The notes: generated by a model not told the origin, from the sequence alone. 64,000 nt of DNA from Octopus sinensis (GCF_006345805.1 NC_043011.1:40932464-40996463); one strand, 5' to 3'. Positions 24,595 through 38,073 are shown, counted from the stretch's first letter. Numbers and translations are program-made.

Positions 24595-24607
24595 CATTAT
24601 TATTATT

Positions 24608-24810
24608 AAGGCGGCCAGCTGGCAGAAGCGTTAGCACACCGAGAAAAATGCTTAGCGGTATTTCGTCTGTGTTTACGTTATGAGTTCAAATTCCGCCAAT
24701 TTCGACTTTGCCTTTCATCCTTTCGGAGTCGATAAATTAAGTACCAGTGAAACACTGGGGTCGATGTAACGGACTACTCCCAGCCCCCAAAATTTCAGGC
24801 CTTGTGAAAG
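24608..24810 (+). mobile_element. SINE family B
   Basis: aggcggccagctggcagaagcgttagcac...gagttcaaattcc...aaatttcaggccttgtg, between (TTA)n arrays. Confidence 0.85.
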
Positions 24811-24828
24811 GATTATTATTATTATTAA

Positions 24829-24873
<45 letters not shown>

Positions 24874-26491
24874 CATTATTATTATATTCTAAAAGGATTG
24901 ACCTAACTCTTTACAAAGGTAAACAAACAAGACGAAGAGCGCGATGCGGCTGCAATAGATATTTTAATGCCTGAACGATATTTCGACAGCAAGCCTGTTT
25001 TTGTTGAGTTCAAAGAAAAAAGTAATAAAATTCAAAATTATACAAATTCAAATCTAAAATATGAACGAGAGCAAGTAGCCTCCGTACATTGATGGAATGA
25101 CATCATCAGTTTTTAAGTTTCAATTTTATAAAAGGCGAAAAGCAAAAAGTCAGGAAAAGAAATGATCAGGAAAAAAGCGAGAAGAAAAGGAAAGAAAAAA
25201 GGAAAGGAAAAAGAAGAATATTCAATCAAACAGTTTTGTGCAAATTTGATGATATTCTCCTGTCATTTTATTCATTGCTCCAGGGTGTGCTGTTAATAAC
25301 CGGCAAACATTTCTCTTCATACATTTGAGTACTGAAAGAGAAACAGATTCAGAATATTTTCTGAGAATATCTGTTTGAAATGAGGATATTTTTCCGCAAT
25401 ATGCAGGTAACTTTCATGCAACACTTTTGAAATACCAGCGAAGTTTCCATGCCAGTTAATGACTAAAGGAATTCTGTCACATATTGCATTGTGTTTGACT
25501 TCCTTTGCTAATCTTAGCTGTGTCATTTGCTATTTCCATTAATCGTGATTCACTGTAACTGTGTTGGACATAATGATATACAAAAGCATTTGCACGTTTC
25601 CAGTAATCCCCTATGTCAGTACAAAACCGTTGTATCCTCAAAAATTGAGATTTCGGATTTGACCGAATTACATGATGTGGATGATCGGCGCGGCGGTGGA
25701 GGTAAATGCGGGATGACGTGGGATGAAGAATTACCTGTCGATCCAAACCCCAATTACAGACAGGAACTTGGCAAAATATTTCTGGAAATGGAGGAATACA
25801 ATTTCATTAGTAAGGACGAATCCAGGATTTTACGGTCAGAAAGACCTCCTGCATTTTATGGTCTCCTTAAAATACACAAATTTTCGAAGGATTTCCTTTA
25901 ATGCGCCCAATTTGCTGCTGTTGTCCAGTCAAGATTTCGGAATAGCAAGATGGCTTTCTATTCCCTGTTGCAAAAAAATCAAGTTCCTATATTCGGGATA
26001 CATTTGATTTTGTGTCTAAAATCAGCAACTGTCTTAAGCACCGAAGCCATATTGAAACTGCTTTTTGGTAACCATGGATGTTTTTTCCTTATATCCCAAT
26101 ACTGATAACGATGAAATGGTAGAAGCATGCATGTATGCCTTCGAATAGTGGTCAAACAAAAGTATCCCATCAAATTTTCTCTGTACGTTATTGAGGTTGT
26201 GTTACAAAGTAACACAATGAAATTTGGACAAAATTTTTACCAGACGTGGCAGTTAATTTCGCTAATGTCTTCATGACGAAATTCCAGACACTGGAATGTC
26301 TTCAGTTACTGAAGACATTCAAATCCTTAGATGGTCATGAACCAATACTCTGGTTACGGTTCATTGATGACGTCTTTTTTGTTTGGGAATGATAGTTTAA
26401 TTGACTTCTTGCATTTCAGTGACTGTTATGCTAAAACTTGTGGCTTTAAATCCAACATGAAATTTACGTCTAGTTTTTTCAAAAACTAGCG

Positions 26492-27262
26492 TTGAATTTT
26501 TGGACACAAAAGTTAAATTTTTCTGGAGGCAGAATAGTGACAGAGTTATTTTGCAAACCCACGTCACCCCACATTTACCTCCACCGCCGCTCCGATCATC
26601 AACATCATATAACTCGGTCCAAATCCGAAATCTCAATTTTTGAGGATAAAACAGATTTGTACTGCCACAGGGGATTACTAGAAATGTGCAAACGCAGTTA
26701 TTGTGACACAGCTAAGATTAGCAAAGAAAGTCAAATCTTCACGCATAATTTTAGCAAACACAATGCAATATGTGACAGAATTCCTTTAGTGATTAACTGG
26801 CACCGAAATTTCGCTGGTATTTCAAAAGTGTTGCATGAAAGTTACCTGCATATTGCGGGAAAATATCTTCGTTTCAAACAGATATTTCCTCAACCGCCTA
26901 TTGTAGCCTTTAAACGGAATAAAATTGTAAGAGATCGATTGACCTCCAAGAAAACTAACATTGGAGTATCTGCACGCTGTACCTTGAAAGACAGCCGCAA
27001 CAACATGAGTCAAGTGAATTCCATCAGGAATCATAACAGAAACGTTATGATTTATACAGAAGGTGGGACATACAGAGATTCCCATTTGGTGTACGCGGCA
27101 GAATGCACGAAACACAACTTGATTTATGTTGGTTGTACAACAGAACGATTAAACAAAACATTTAATGGACACAGATTTGACGTCAGGCCCAATAACATTT
27201 GTTCGACAGAATTTACCGAACATTTTGCTTCAAACGGCTGCAATTTTGAAAAAAAGACTTGA
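26492..27262 (+). pseudogene. PLE RT thumb and GIY-YIG endonuclease (256-aa ORF)
   Basis: LFCKPTSPHIYLHRRSDH; IPLVINWH; PIVAFKRNK; LVYAAEC...IYVGCT (GIY-YIG signature). Confidence 0.85.
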
Positions 27263-27616
27263 AAGTGCCATATTCTCAGAAAATATTCTGAATATGTTTC
27301 CCTTTCAATACTCAAATGCATGAGGAGAAATATGTTTGCGGGTTATTAACATCAAACCCCGGAGGAATGGATAAAATGACAGGAGAACATCATCAAATTT
27401 TACACAAAACTGTTTGGCTGAATATTCTTCTTTTTCCCTTTTTTTTTTCTTTCCTTTTTCTTTCTCGCTTTTCTCTGTCTTTTTTTTTTTTTCGACTGTT
27501 ATAAAATTGAAACTTAAAAGCTGCTGATGACATTCCATCAGCGTGTGGACGGTAGTTGCTCTCGTTCATATTTTAGATTTGAATGTGTATAATTTTGAAT
27601 TTTCATCCCTTTTTCT

Positions 27617-27659
27617 TTGAACTCGACAAAGACACGCTTGCTGTCGAAATATCGTTCAA
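27617..27659 (+). ncRNA. Hammerhead-like fold with non-canonical core in the PLE pLTR
   Basis: TTGAAC-TCGACAA-A-GACAC-gcttg-CTGTC-GAAATATC-GTTCAA: helix I, helix II and a palindromic ATAT helix III are present. Mirrored at 24971-25013(-). Confidence 0.4.
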
Positions 27660-27713
27660 CCAATAAAATATCTATTGCAATCGCATTGCGCTCTTCTATC
27701 ATCATCCTCATCC

Positions 27714-27765
<52 letters not shown>

Positions 27766-27787
27766 TATTATTATCATTATTATTATT

Positions 27788-27837
<50 letters not shown>

Positions 27838-27889
27838 TACTACTAATACTACTACTACTACTATTACTATTATTATTATTATTATTATT

Positions 27890-28433
27890 CAGTAGTTTTA
27901 TTTTTATAGCGTGCTTTCACTTCACTACCGAGCGCAGCTCTGTGTGCCTTGGGTATGTGCTGTGATTTGTTGTGATGCTCTGATGGTTATTGTATGGAAA
28001 GTGTTCTGCGTAGGATGTGTGCAGTGCCTAGTAGTGCAATTTTCTGTATGTTATATGTGTTTGTAAGTCCTGGTGTTTTTGTTATGTATTTGTCTGAATA
28101 TTTTTTTATCATGCCTAATGCACCTACTATGATAGGAATTGTTTCTGTTTTCAGATTCCACATTCTAGTTACCTCTATTTCCAGGTCTTTGTATTTTGAG
28201 AGTTTCTCCATTTCTTTTAGAGACACATTGTCATCAGCCGGTATTGATACATCAATTAGAAAGCATTTTTTTTCTTCATGGTCTCTGACAACTATATCTG
28301 GTCTGTTGGCCTTAATTTCTCTATCTGTGTGTATCGGCATATCCCAGAGTATGGTTGCTTTCTCGTTTTCTGTGACCTGTTCTGGTGTATGCCTATACCA
28401 TCTTTTTTCTGTTGTTATTCCATAATGTTGGCA

Positions 28434-28435
<2 letters not shown>
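27890..28435 (-). mobile_element. R4/Dong (Dong-1) 5'-truncated copy
   Basis: 117-aa ORF 27987-28340 matches the Dong-1 C-terminus; flanked by (TTA)n. Confidence 0.95.
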
Positions 28436-28480
<45 letters not shown>

Positions 28481-28781
28481 TATTATTATTATTATTGTTG
28501 TTATTATTATTATTAATAATATTATTATTATTATTATTATTGATATTATTATTATTATTATTATCATCATCATCATCATCATCATCAGCTGTCCACTACC
28601 AGTGAACTAAGGTAACACCTCTTATTTTTCGAGCACCATCCGGAGTATTGGAGTGGTTCTGCAAGTGCTCCACCCTTATTGCAGCCCTATTTGTTCCTAT
28701 TAATATTATCATTATTATCATTATTATTGTTCTTGTTCTTGTTCTTCTTCATCCTCTTCTTCTTCTTGCTGTTGTTGTTGA

Positions 28782-29110
28782 AGGCAGCGAGTTGACAGAA
28801 CCGTTAGCACACCGGTCAAAATGTTTAACGGCATTTCGTCCGTCTTTACGTTTTGGGTTCAAATTCCACCGAGGTCGGTGTCGATGAAATAAGTAGCAGT
28901 CATGTACTGGGATCGATGAAATTAACCGTCTCCCTTCAAAATTGCTGGTCTTGTATCAAAATTAGGGACAATTTAAGGGTGGTGCATTGGCAGAATCGTC
29001 AGAAGCGTCGGACAAAACGCCTTGCGGTTTTTAACGGGCTTGGTACGTCCCCAGTTCAAATCTTGTCGAGATCAACCGTGTTCTTTGGACATCGAGTCCT
29101 TAAAGAAGAC
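28782..29110 (+). mobile_element. Two adjacent diverged SINE-B copies
   Basis: aaggcagcgagttgacagaaccgttagcac...gggttcaaattcc, then ggcagaatcgtcag...cagttcaaatc. Confidence 0.65.
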
Positions 29111-29639
29111 ACCAGTGAAGTACTATGAGCTGTTTAATCTTCCTCTTTAAGAATTCCTATCTTAGAAACAATTAGCTTCTTTGTAAGGGAATTGGTGGCA
29201 CCGGCAAAAAGCAAGAGAAAATATTTTACAATTTTTACTTATGTCCCTTTACGATCTGAATTGAAATACACGCAAAGTCGACTTTTGCTTTCCGTGTTTC
29301 CGCTTTTATGGTATAAGAGTTAGACAAGTACTGGGGGGGGGGGGAGACGATTTTTAAATCTGTACTCATTCTTACCAAAATTTCTTGATCTATTACTTCA
29401 AGTGTGAAGGCACGAGCTGCTCGGATAACGGACAGAGACAACGGCTATTGAAAAGTTCGCAAGACGCAATGAAAGTTTTCTAAAAATAAGTAAATGAGGA
29501 AAACTTTAACGGTGAGTGTGTTAAATTATAAGGCACCAAAAGAGAATGACTCTCCCTAGACACTTTATTTTACGTTGTACCAGTTCGCTCAGCTGCACGG
29601 GGTGGTTTCAAAAACTCCCTGCCTAGTTCTGTAGCAGTA

Positions 29640-29945
29640 CACGGTAGCGTGTGCAATGAGAGCTTGCATTGACCTTCCGCTGTATTTACTTCCCAAGTTG
29701 TGAAATTTGTGTTTTTGTGATCATGTGTATGCTGAAGTCTGCGATTTTGTTATGGACAGGAACAAAGCGCCAAGGAGCCAGCGTGGAATTTTGCATTAAG
29801 CTTAAGAAGCCTGCTACAAAGACAGTGAGCATGCTTCGGCAAGCTTACGGCAACGAGGTAATAGGTTATACGCTATGTTTCGAGTGACACTGGAGTTTCA
29901 AAATCGGAAGGCCATCTCTAGAAGAAGACGAGAAACTTTGAGACT
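29640..29945 (+). mobile_element. Mariner transposase N-terminal fragment
   Basis: QGASVEFCIKLKKPATKTVSMLRQAYGNEVI...CFE*HWSFKIGRPSLEEDE matches the mariner N-terminal HTH pattern. Confidence 0.8.
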
Positions 29946-30622
29946 GACTGGCGTTTCATTCAGGGAGAAATTGTATATTCGGTCACTTAAACATTATGGT
30001 CTTTCTATAAGACCTAAGACTTGAGACAGTAATGTTCAGAGATAGATATTTACATTTAGATTTCATACTTTAAGCATGTTAGCATCCACTTGACTATTTC
30101 TTTTTCATGCAGAAGGCATCTCATGGTATTTTACTACGGTGATTCTTCAAAGTTTGAACAATTTGGAACAGTGAATAAATGATATACAGTGAGAGACTAA
30201 TATGATTTTACCGTTTCGAAACTTTGTTAGCTGCGAGACGCCAATTTATCAATTTACACTGCGCATGTTTTTCCTATAGGATTTAATAAGCATATATATA
30301 TATATGTGTGTGTGTATCTGTGTGTGTGTGTGTATATGTGTATGTATGTATGTATGTATATATATATTATATACATCAAGAGAGATAAATGGATGGACCG
30401 ACATATCACTTTCTCTCTCACTCCTCTCACTCTCTCTCAATCTCTCATTCGCTCTCTCACTCTCTCTCACTCACTCTCTGTCTCTATATATACATATATT
30501 TTTTTTTCACTCATAATATACATGAATATGTATGCTTGCATATATGTATAAATGCACATATAAATGCATACACGTTTATATGTATACATATATATGTGTG
30601 TGTGTGCATATATACAAATGTC

Positions 30623-30679
<57 letters not shown>

Positions 30680-30720
30680 ATATGCATGTATGCATACATG
30701 CGCATATATCTAGATATTTT

Positions 30721-30809
<89 letters not shown>

Positions 30810-31137
30810 TACGTACATACATGTATGTATATGTGTATATATAGACATGTATATATTTATGCATGTGTTTATGCATATGTGTGCGTATTTACTCGAAGCA
30901 ACATAAAGACTCAGTGATTTAGTAAAATAAATAAATAATCAAATAAATAAATAAATACACTATTTCGTATAGCAGCATTGAATATTAATCGTTTTTTAGA
31001 CATGGAGAAATTTATAGTCATTTTTATACATTTACTCTCCGTTTCGCCTTCTTATATAATAACGATGTTCATACATTCCTAAATGCAAATGATATATTAT
31101 TAACACAATGCTCTCTGTCTCTCTGTCTCTCTCTCTT

Positions 31138-31174
<37 letters not shown>

Positions 31175-31879
31175 ATATATATATATATATATATATAAAG
31201 GTATATATGCAACCGTGCATATACACGTTTATACTCCACTGTCCCTGTGCGCATTTGTTGTCAGTATGAGTTTACGAGTAATTCTGTTTCCGTATGCATC
31301 TATGTACTGATATTGATAAATAATTTTCTCCAGATTCTTCGCAAATAAATATAACATATAACACGGTTGTGTAAATTTTCTGTAGAGATAGGTCGTTACC
31401 GACAATATGTCGGTCGAATATATTTACTTTAGTTTTACTTTTTTGCCTCAATAAAACCGTTTCAACAACTTTTACTCCGTATAGCATTTATTCACTGTGT
31501 AGAAAGCTTGCTTGCTACAATTTAATTCGACGTTTCGGTCAAGTATTACTCATCTTCATGATTTGACATCGTTTCGAGTTTCGTCTTACCGATATATTTA
31601 GGTTCATATTTATTTTATGAAATATTTTGGTTTCTCCCTTGTCACACGTTTACGACTCGATGCCAGTACAAATTAGCCAGTCTAGACTCCACTTATGCAT
31701 ATTCTCAAACAACGATTTCGAGTAATTTGTTATATTTCACTCGAGTCCAAAATTGTGCTACCATGCACAAGCATAACACGAAACGTAACACAAAATATAT
31801 CATGCTACTTTTACTTGTTTCAGTCATTAGACTGCGCCATGCTGGGCCATATCTTTGTATCTGCATACAGAGAAAAATC

Positions 31880-32331
31880 CAGCGCTGGATTAACCATTAA
31901 GCAAAATAAGCACTTACTTAGGGCATCAAGGGAAGCGGAGTACCACAAGAATGAAAATGGTTTACGGTACGAAAGAAATCACTTTAATCTTGCTAGAATA
32001 ATGTTCGTAATGCCTTATCTCTACCAAGTATAGAAGCAGAAGTTTTATGTAAAATTAATTTTAACGAAATCATCGAAGACTCTGCAATTAAATTTTAGAA
32101 ACGAAGGAGAAAAATTTCAAATATAAATAGAATGGAAGCATACAAAAATAAACATTATTTCCCATCTTACTATCAGCTTTGTTTCATTTTGAAAAATAAA
32201 AATATATTTTACGGTTTATCATTGTTTATATTTTAAATCTTTCTTGTTTACATTTTGAATCTTTTACATTTACTTGAGGGCACCAAATCTTTTAAGTGCT
32301 TAGGGCCGCTATGGGTCTTAATCCGGCCCTG
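31880..32331 (+). mobile_element. hAT deletion derivative
   Basis: TIR-like CAGCGCTGGATTAA (31880-31893) and TTAATCCGGCCCTG (32318-32331); internal SIEAEVLCKINFNEIIEDSA resembles the hAT dimerisation-domain end. Confidence 0.6.
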
Positions 32332-32580
32332 AATGTGTATGCATATACGTGTGTGTGTGTGTGCGTGCGTACGTTTTGAAGTCTTTGTGAAAAATTACGT
32401 GATACAATTTTTAAGTATTAAAGGATTTTTTAAAAAGTTATATTTAAAAAAATAGTTATAAAATCTTATATCAGAATGTTATTAACCGTTTTTGGAAGAA
32501 TTTTTTTCCTAATGTGTGAGTGCTTTCGATTAATCTTTTCAAACACACGTTTTCTCATATATATATATATATATATATAT

Positions 32581-34612
32581 TCCCACACACAACATCCACA
32601 TTCAACAACAATGAAAAGACTAGAGATGGAAAAACTTCATCTGCAGACCAACATGAAAACCTCCATTGAAAATCAAAGAGCTGAGGAGGAACAGTGGGTA
32701 ATCAAAAACATCAAACAGAACCCAAAAGTGTTCTATTCTTATGCAAATAAGCATAGAACCACTGTCTCACCCATTGGGCCATTGATTGATGATAACGGTA
32801 TACCCCAACACGATGCTAAAGAAATGGCAGAAATACTGCAGAAACAATACTGCTCTGTCTTCAGTGTTCCCACTGATATTGACGTAAGAGAAACGAACGA
32901 AGTTGACTCCCAACATAAAATCTCAGACATAACCTTCACTGCCACTGACATCGTAGCAGCAATAAATGAGGTCAAATATTACTCTGCTGTAGGCCCTGAT
33001 AGATTCCCCGCTAGTCTCCTGAAGGAATGTAGACACCAACTTGCAGTCCCTCTGACCAACGTCTGGAGAAATTCGTTAGACGCAGGTTATATACCGAAAC
33101 AGTTTCTATCCCAGTCGGTCATCCCGGTTTTCAAACAGGGAAACAGATCCCTCGCAGTCAACTATCGCCCAATCTCACTCACCTCCCACATCATTAAAGT
33201 GTTTGAAAGAGTGTTAAGATCAAGGATAGCTGACTTCCTGGAGACCCACAAACTCCTAAATGCAAATCAGCATGGCTTTCGCTGTGGAAGGGACTGTCTA
33301 ACACAGCTCTTACACCACATTGAAGATGTACTCAAAGCCTTGGGAACAGGTTCGAACTCTGACGTCATATATCTTTTACCTCAGTAAAGCGTTCGACAGG
33401 GTAGACCTTAATATCCTACCCTCAAAATTGGCAAATGATGGAATCCGTGGAAAAGTTCTACACTGGATTAAGTATTTCCTGGCGAATAGAACACAACATG
33501 TTGTTGATGGAGTCCACTCAAGCCCAACAAAAGTCACCAGCGGTGTTCCCCAGGGGACTGTTTTGGGTCCGCTACTCTTCATAATTTACATAAACGACCT
33601 TTCCAGTGTCGTACATTACTGCAAAGTGAAAATATTTGCTGATGACACTAAGCTCCAGCAAATCGTCAATGAAGAAGCAGACTCCAGTCTGATCTAAATG
33701 CCGTGAGTCAATGGGCAGACAGAAACAAAATGCAACTGAATGAGGTAAAATTTGAGCTGATGCATTTTGGAAGAAATTCCTCACGAAAACAACCATACTC
33801 TCTTCCTTCAGGGGAACCGCTCACAGCCTCTAACAATATCAGAGACCTGGGTGTAATTGTTGATGACGATCTCAGTTGGAGTGCACACATCAACAAGAAG
33901 GTCGATATAGATCGTAGGATGAGTTCCTGGATCTTAAGAACTTTCCGGTCCAGAGAACAAGGTGTCATCATACCACTTTTTTCCTCCCTTGTACGGCCAC
34001 ACCTTGAATACTGCTGCCCACTGTGGTCTCCCCATACAAGACAAAACATCTCCAGAATTGAGTCTCCCCAGAGGGCACTCACTAAACAAATTGAAAGCAT
34101 GGCCGCTCTCGATTATTGGGATCGCCTTAAAGCCTTGAAACTTTACTCCCTCCAGCGTCGCCGTGAGCGGTACATCATTTGTACGATGTGGAGAATATAC
34201 CGCTAACTTTGCCCAAACGACCTTAACATTAGCTTCAAGGTTCATCCAAGACTGGGACCACGGGCCATACGACCCCTGCCCAATTCAAGATCACAACATA
34301 CATGTACACTGAAACATAATTTCTTTTCCTCAACAGGCCCTGCCCTATTTAACATTGTCCCGAGGGAGATCAAAGAGGAAAAGGATCCCATCAACTTTAA
34401 ACGGAGTCTGGATAGATTCCTTCAAAGAATACCAGATAAGCCACCCATAATTCGATACAACTTACCCAACAAGAACTCACTACTTGAACAAAACTTGACT
34501 TAAACAAAACTTGCCTTAAACAGGATTCGAATAATCCTATCAGGTGGTGCTATTAAGTTAGACATGGCCTGGACCAATCTTTGGTCGAAACATATCTAAG
34601 TTTATATAAGTT
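32581..34612 (+). mobile_element. CR1-clade LINE, 5'-truncated, frameshifted
   Basis: [69 protein letters not shown]; short 3' UTR ending in taag/tata repeats. Confidence 0.93.
32611..34206 (+). pseudogene. CR1 ORF2 reverse transcriptase (ORFs 32476-33387, 33320-33697, 33703-34206)
   Basis: Continuous RT motifs across frameshifts; catalytic FADD. Confidence 0.9.
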
Positions 34613-34784
34613 ATATATATATATACAATGGGACAAGAACGCAAAACATCCATACAGTTAGGTGATACCAAAAAGGGACATCAAAACATCCAGATAAATG
34701 GGTCACTCGGAGTTTTCTCTCCTCAGTCGAGTTCCAAATTATCTTTGCAATTTCGGCTGGTTATGAATATATATATCTACGCTA

Positions 34785-35300
34785 GATAAACGCATTCATT
34801 ATCTTAAATCAAAAATCAAAATATACACTAGCATGGTCTATTTATAACACAAAATTGAGTAAATTATGCATTAAGGGATCCCTTAATATCCTCCGTTCTT
34901 ATTATTCAACATTTTCGTAATTTCGTGATTCAGGTTAGAATTGAACCAACGTACTTAGTTAAACTAACTCTCATCATTTTTCTAATCACTAATTTATTTT
35001 ATTATAATACAATAATTATAATAATAATTTATTATAATACTCTCTCCTACTCCCACCTCCGCTTTCTATCTCTAAAACTACTTAAGCTCTTTGTATCATT
35101 TCAACAACTGATACATGTTAACTTGCACAACCATTATTAAGGCCTGAAGAAGCAGGCGTTGCTCAATAATTGGTATGTATACCATTTATTTTTACGGGAA
35201 ATTAACCCCCAGAAACGACCGTAGGATACTTAATATTTTACATTTTACTTTCTTCCTGGATATTTAACTTTCATTTCATAAATTTCATTTTTATTCTGCG
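34785..35300 (+). mobile_element. Degenerate Penelope-like 3' end / pLTR
   Basis: KSKYTLAWSI...KLCIKGSLNIL resembles the PLE endonuclease C-terminal WxI...CxLCxxE pattern; downstream cctgaagaagc and gaaacgaccgtagg look like hammerhead halves. Confidence 0.4.
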
Positions 35301-35648
35301 AGTCGGACAACTTTTATTTATACATCTTCGATATATTTTGATATGTTTATGTATCAATGTTCACATCTGTATATTTTTAAATGTATTAATTACCCTATAA
35401 ATTTTTAATGTATTTATATATTTATATATCTATATATTTGTATATTTTTAATGTATCTATGTATTTTGATATATTTTCTATAATAATTAAATATGTGATT
35501 CTTTTATATCAATGCGAGTTTATATGAAAGCGGACTGAATTATCTGGTGTTATCCTCACTTATATATATATATACACATGTGTATATTTAGGGATAAACC
35601 ACTATGTGGATAACCAATACGCTAGAAAAAGATCACATGCGATCCAAC

Positions 35649-36310
35649 TACAAAGAAAAGGCTTGATCAATAAGTATAGGGGTTGTTGCCATAGAAATGA
35701 AGCTAAAGTTGGCTGAGTGCACTAAGTTTTCCTGCCTAGAAAGCATATGGAGAGGAGTGGCATGAGCTTCACACAAGTGTACGAATGGTTCAGACGTTTC
35801 AAGGATGGCCGAAAAAATGTCGATAGTGACGAACGTTCTGGGTGACCCGCAACCAGCAGATCTCAGAAACACGTCGCTGATGTCTGTGCAGCTGTGAATG
35901 GGAAATCGTCGAATCACCATGCGTGATTAGTTGCGTGTCTGTCAATTTTGTGCCAAAACCACTTTCAGCTGACCAAAAGGACACTCAAGTTTCAGTTGCA
36001 CAAGATCTTGATTGTATGAAGAACGATGAAAATTTTTGAAAACTTTGCGAAGGCCTCTGAGCAGATATCGCCAAGCTTTTGGCAAAATTCGATGCAAATC
36101 CTCTGCTCAGCTTTCTCTCTCATGGTCAATGACACAAGCTACATACCTTCCTTCCAAGCACTGCTGCAAATAGGGGAAGTCAGCTAGAACGTTAAAACGT
36201 GGTGCGCATGCTCAACATAGTTCACATCAATATGTGCTAAGAGCCTTCACTCTGTGTGCTTTAGCTTCGTTTCTATGGCAACAGTCCGGATACTTATTGA
36301 TCACACTATA
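35649..36310 (+). mobile_element. Mariner deletion derivative with both TIRs
   Basis: tgatcaataagta...gttgccatagaaatgaagctaaag (35664-35708) inverted at 36259-36304, TA at the right end; internal VYEWFRRFKDGRKNVDSDERSG and FVPKPLSADQK. Confidence 0.9.
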
Positions 36311-36540
36311 TATATATGTGTGTGTATGTATATGTTTATGTGTGTTTGTCCCCTCAACATCGCTTGACAACCGATGCTGGTGTGTTTACGTCCCCGTAAC
36401 CTAGCGGTTCGGCAAAAGAGACCGATAGAATAAGTACTAGGCTTACAAATAATAAGTCCTGGATTCGATTTGTTCGACTAAAGGCGGTGCTCCAGCATGG
36501 CCGCATTCAAATGACTGAAGCAAATAAAAGAATAAAAGAA
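36311..36540 (+). mobile_element. SINE A 3' half
   Basis: gtttgtccc...cgcttgacaaccgatgctgg...aaaagaataaaagaa. Confidence 0.8.
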
Positions 36541-36555
36541 TATAACTAGATAGAT

Positions 36556-36763
36556 ATTCTTTTATTCTTTTACTTGTTTCAATCAGTTAACTGCGGCCAT
36601 GCCGGTGCACTGCCTTGAACGGGGTCGGTAGACTAAAACCACCTCAGGACTTATTTTATCGGGATCTTTAACCGAACCGCTAAGTTACGGGGACGTAAAC
36701 ACACCGGCACCAGTTGTCAAGTGGTGCTGGAATACGAATAAAGACAGAAAACACACACAATAG

Positions 36764-36800
<37 letters not shown>
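36556..36800 (-). mobile_element. SINE A 3' half, inverted relative to 36311-36540
   Basis: Reverse complement of the family A 3' module ending in (CA)n. Confidence 0.7.
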
Positions 36801-36803
<3 letters not shown>

Positions 36804-37464
36804 ACACTTATATAATCAGAAAATGGAGAAAATCTTAGATCAACAAACAAAACAATTGCACCATATCTAAAGCTTATTATTTAATACAAAACATGACTTA
36901 ACATTAATGTGACATAACAATTCTTACGGCTGTTTCCGCTTCCGATACTAATCAATACGTACAAAGAATTGCGAAAAATATTTTCCTCTTCATAGAACAT
37001 TCGAACTATAACACGGAGCTTCATCAAAGTTAATACAAAAGCATCAAAGTTAATACAAAAGCATCCAAAATAAAGGGAAGAGGGAATAGGAAAGAAAAAC
37101 ATGGTCTACAGAAGAAGTCTGGAAGCCCACTATATTAGAAACATACAATCTTCCGTCATAGGGCTTCGAAGTCCGTAGGTAAAAGAGTGATCTAGCAATG
37201 GTCTAGGGGAAAAAGGTTTTCGGGTTATTTCAATATAAAGGGGGAACCAAGATGTCTTAAAAGCTGTGAAAAACTGAGGTTTTTTCCATTTTTTATTATT
37301 TATATTTGATTCCTGATAGACCTTTATTTATTCTGTCGTTACCTGTTCTCTACGAACATTGTGTACCTGCATACACATGCCCAGAGATAAAACGTGTAAC
37401 AGATACTGATAGTATATACGGATATTTTATCTTTTAGTCGGTTATTATAACCGCTAACTCTGCT

Positions 37465-37560
<96 letters not shown>

Positions 37561-37815
37561 TATAATATATTTAAGTAGGTGAATGAATTATTCTATGTTT
37601 ATCGTCAGCATGGAAAATTCGTTTAACCGAAACCTGGGTAGCAAATTTACGTCAGAAAACACGGTTGAAGCGACCTATCAAGGGTAAAAACTCCGGGTTC
37701 ATGTGTAGAAATTTGTGTGTTGTATATGAATAAATGAGTCGAGAGTAAGGGAATTTTGTTAACATCTTCGTTCGACTCCATTCTTTCATTTATTCATATA
37801 TATAAATATATATAT

Positions 37816-37849
<34 letters not shown>

Positions 37850-38011
37850 GCCCCATTATTAGACTATTTTCCTTGGTCATTGCACGGTAATCGCTATAAG
37901 CTTTAAACTAATAAAATACCATTATTATTGTTTACAGGATTGTAAAACTCGGCATCGTGTAACAAAACCATTCGTATCGATATATGTATATATGAATTTT
38001 GTTGATAGTTA

Positions 38012-38073
<62 letters not shown>

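Larger units (their letters stand above)
24890..27696 (+). mobile_element. Penelope-like element (RT + GIY-YIG, probably Neptune-type) with inverted 5' duplication
   Basis: Plus strand: FYGLLKIHK, WLRFIDDVFF, FLDT, KPTSPHIYLH and VYAAECTKHNLIYVGCT..R...FNGHR. 24934-25733 is a reverse-complement, internally deleted copy of about 26555-27696. Confidence 0.9.
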
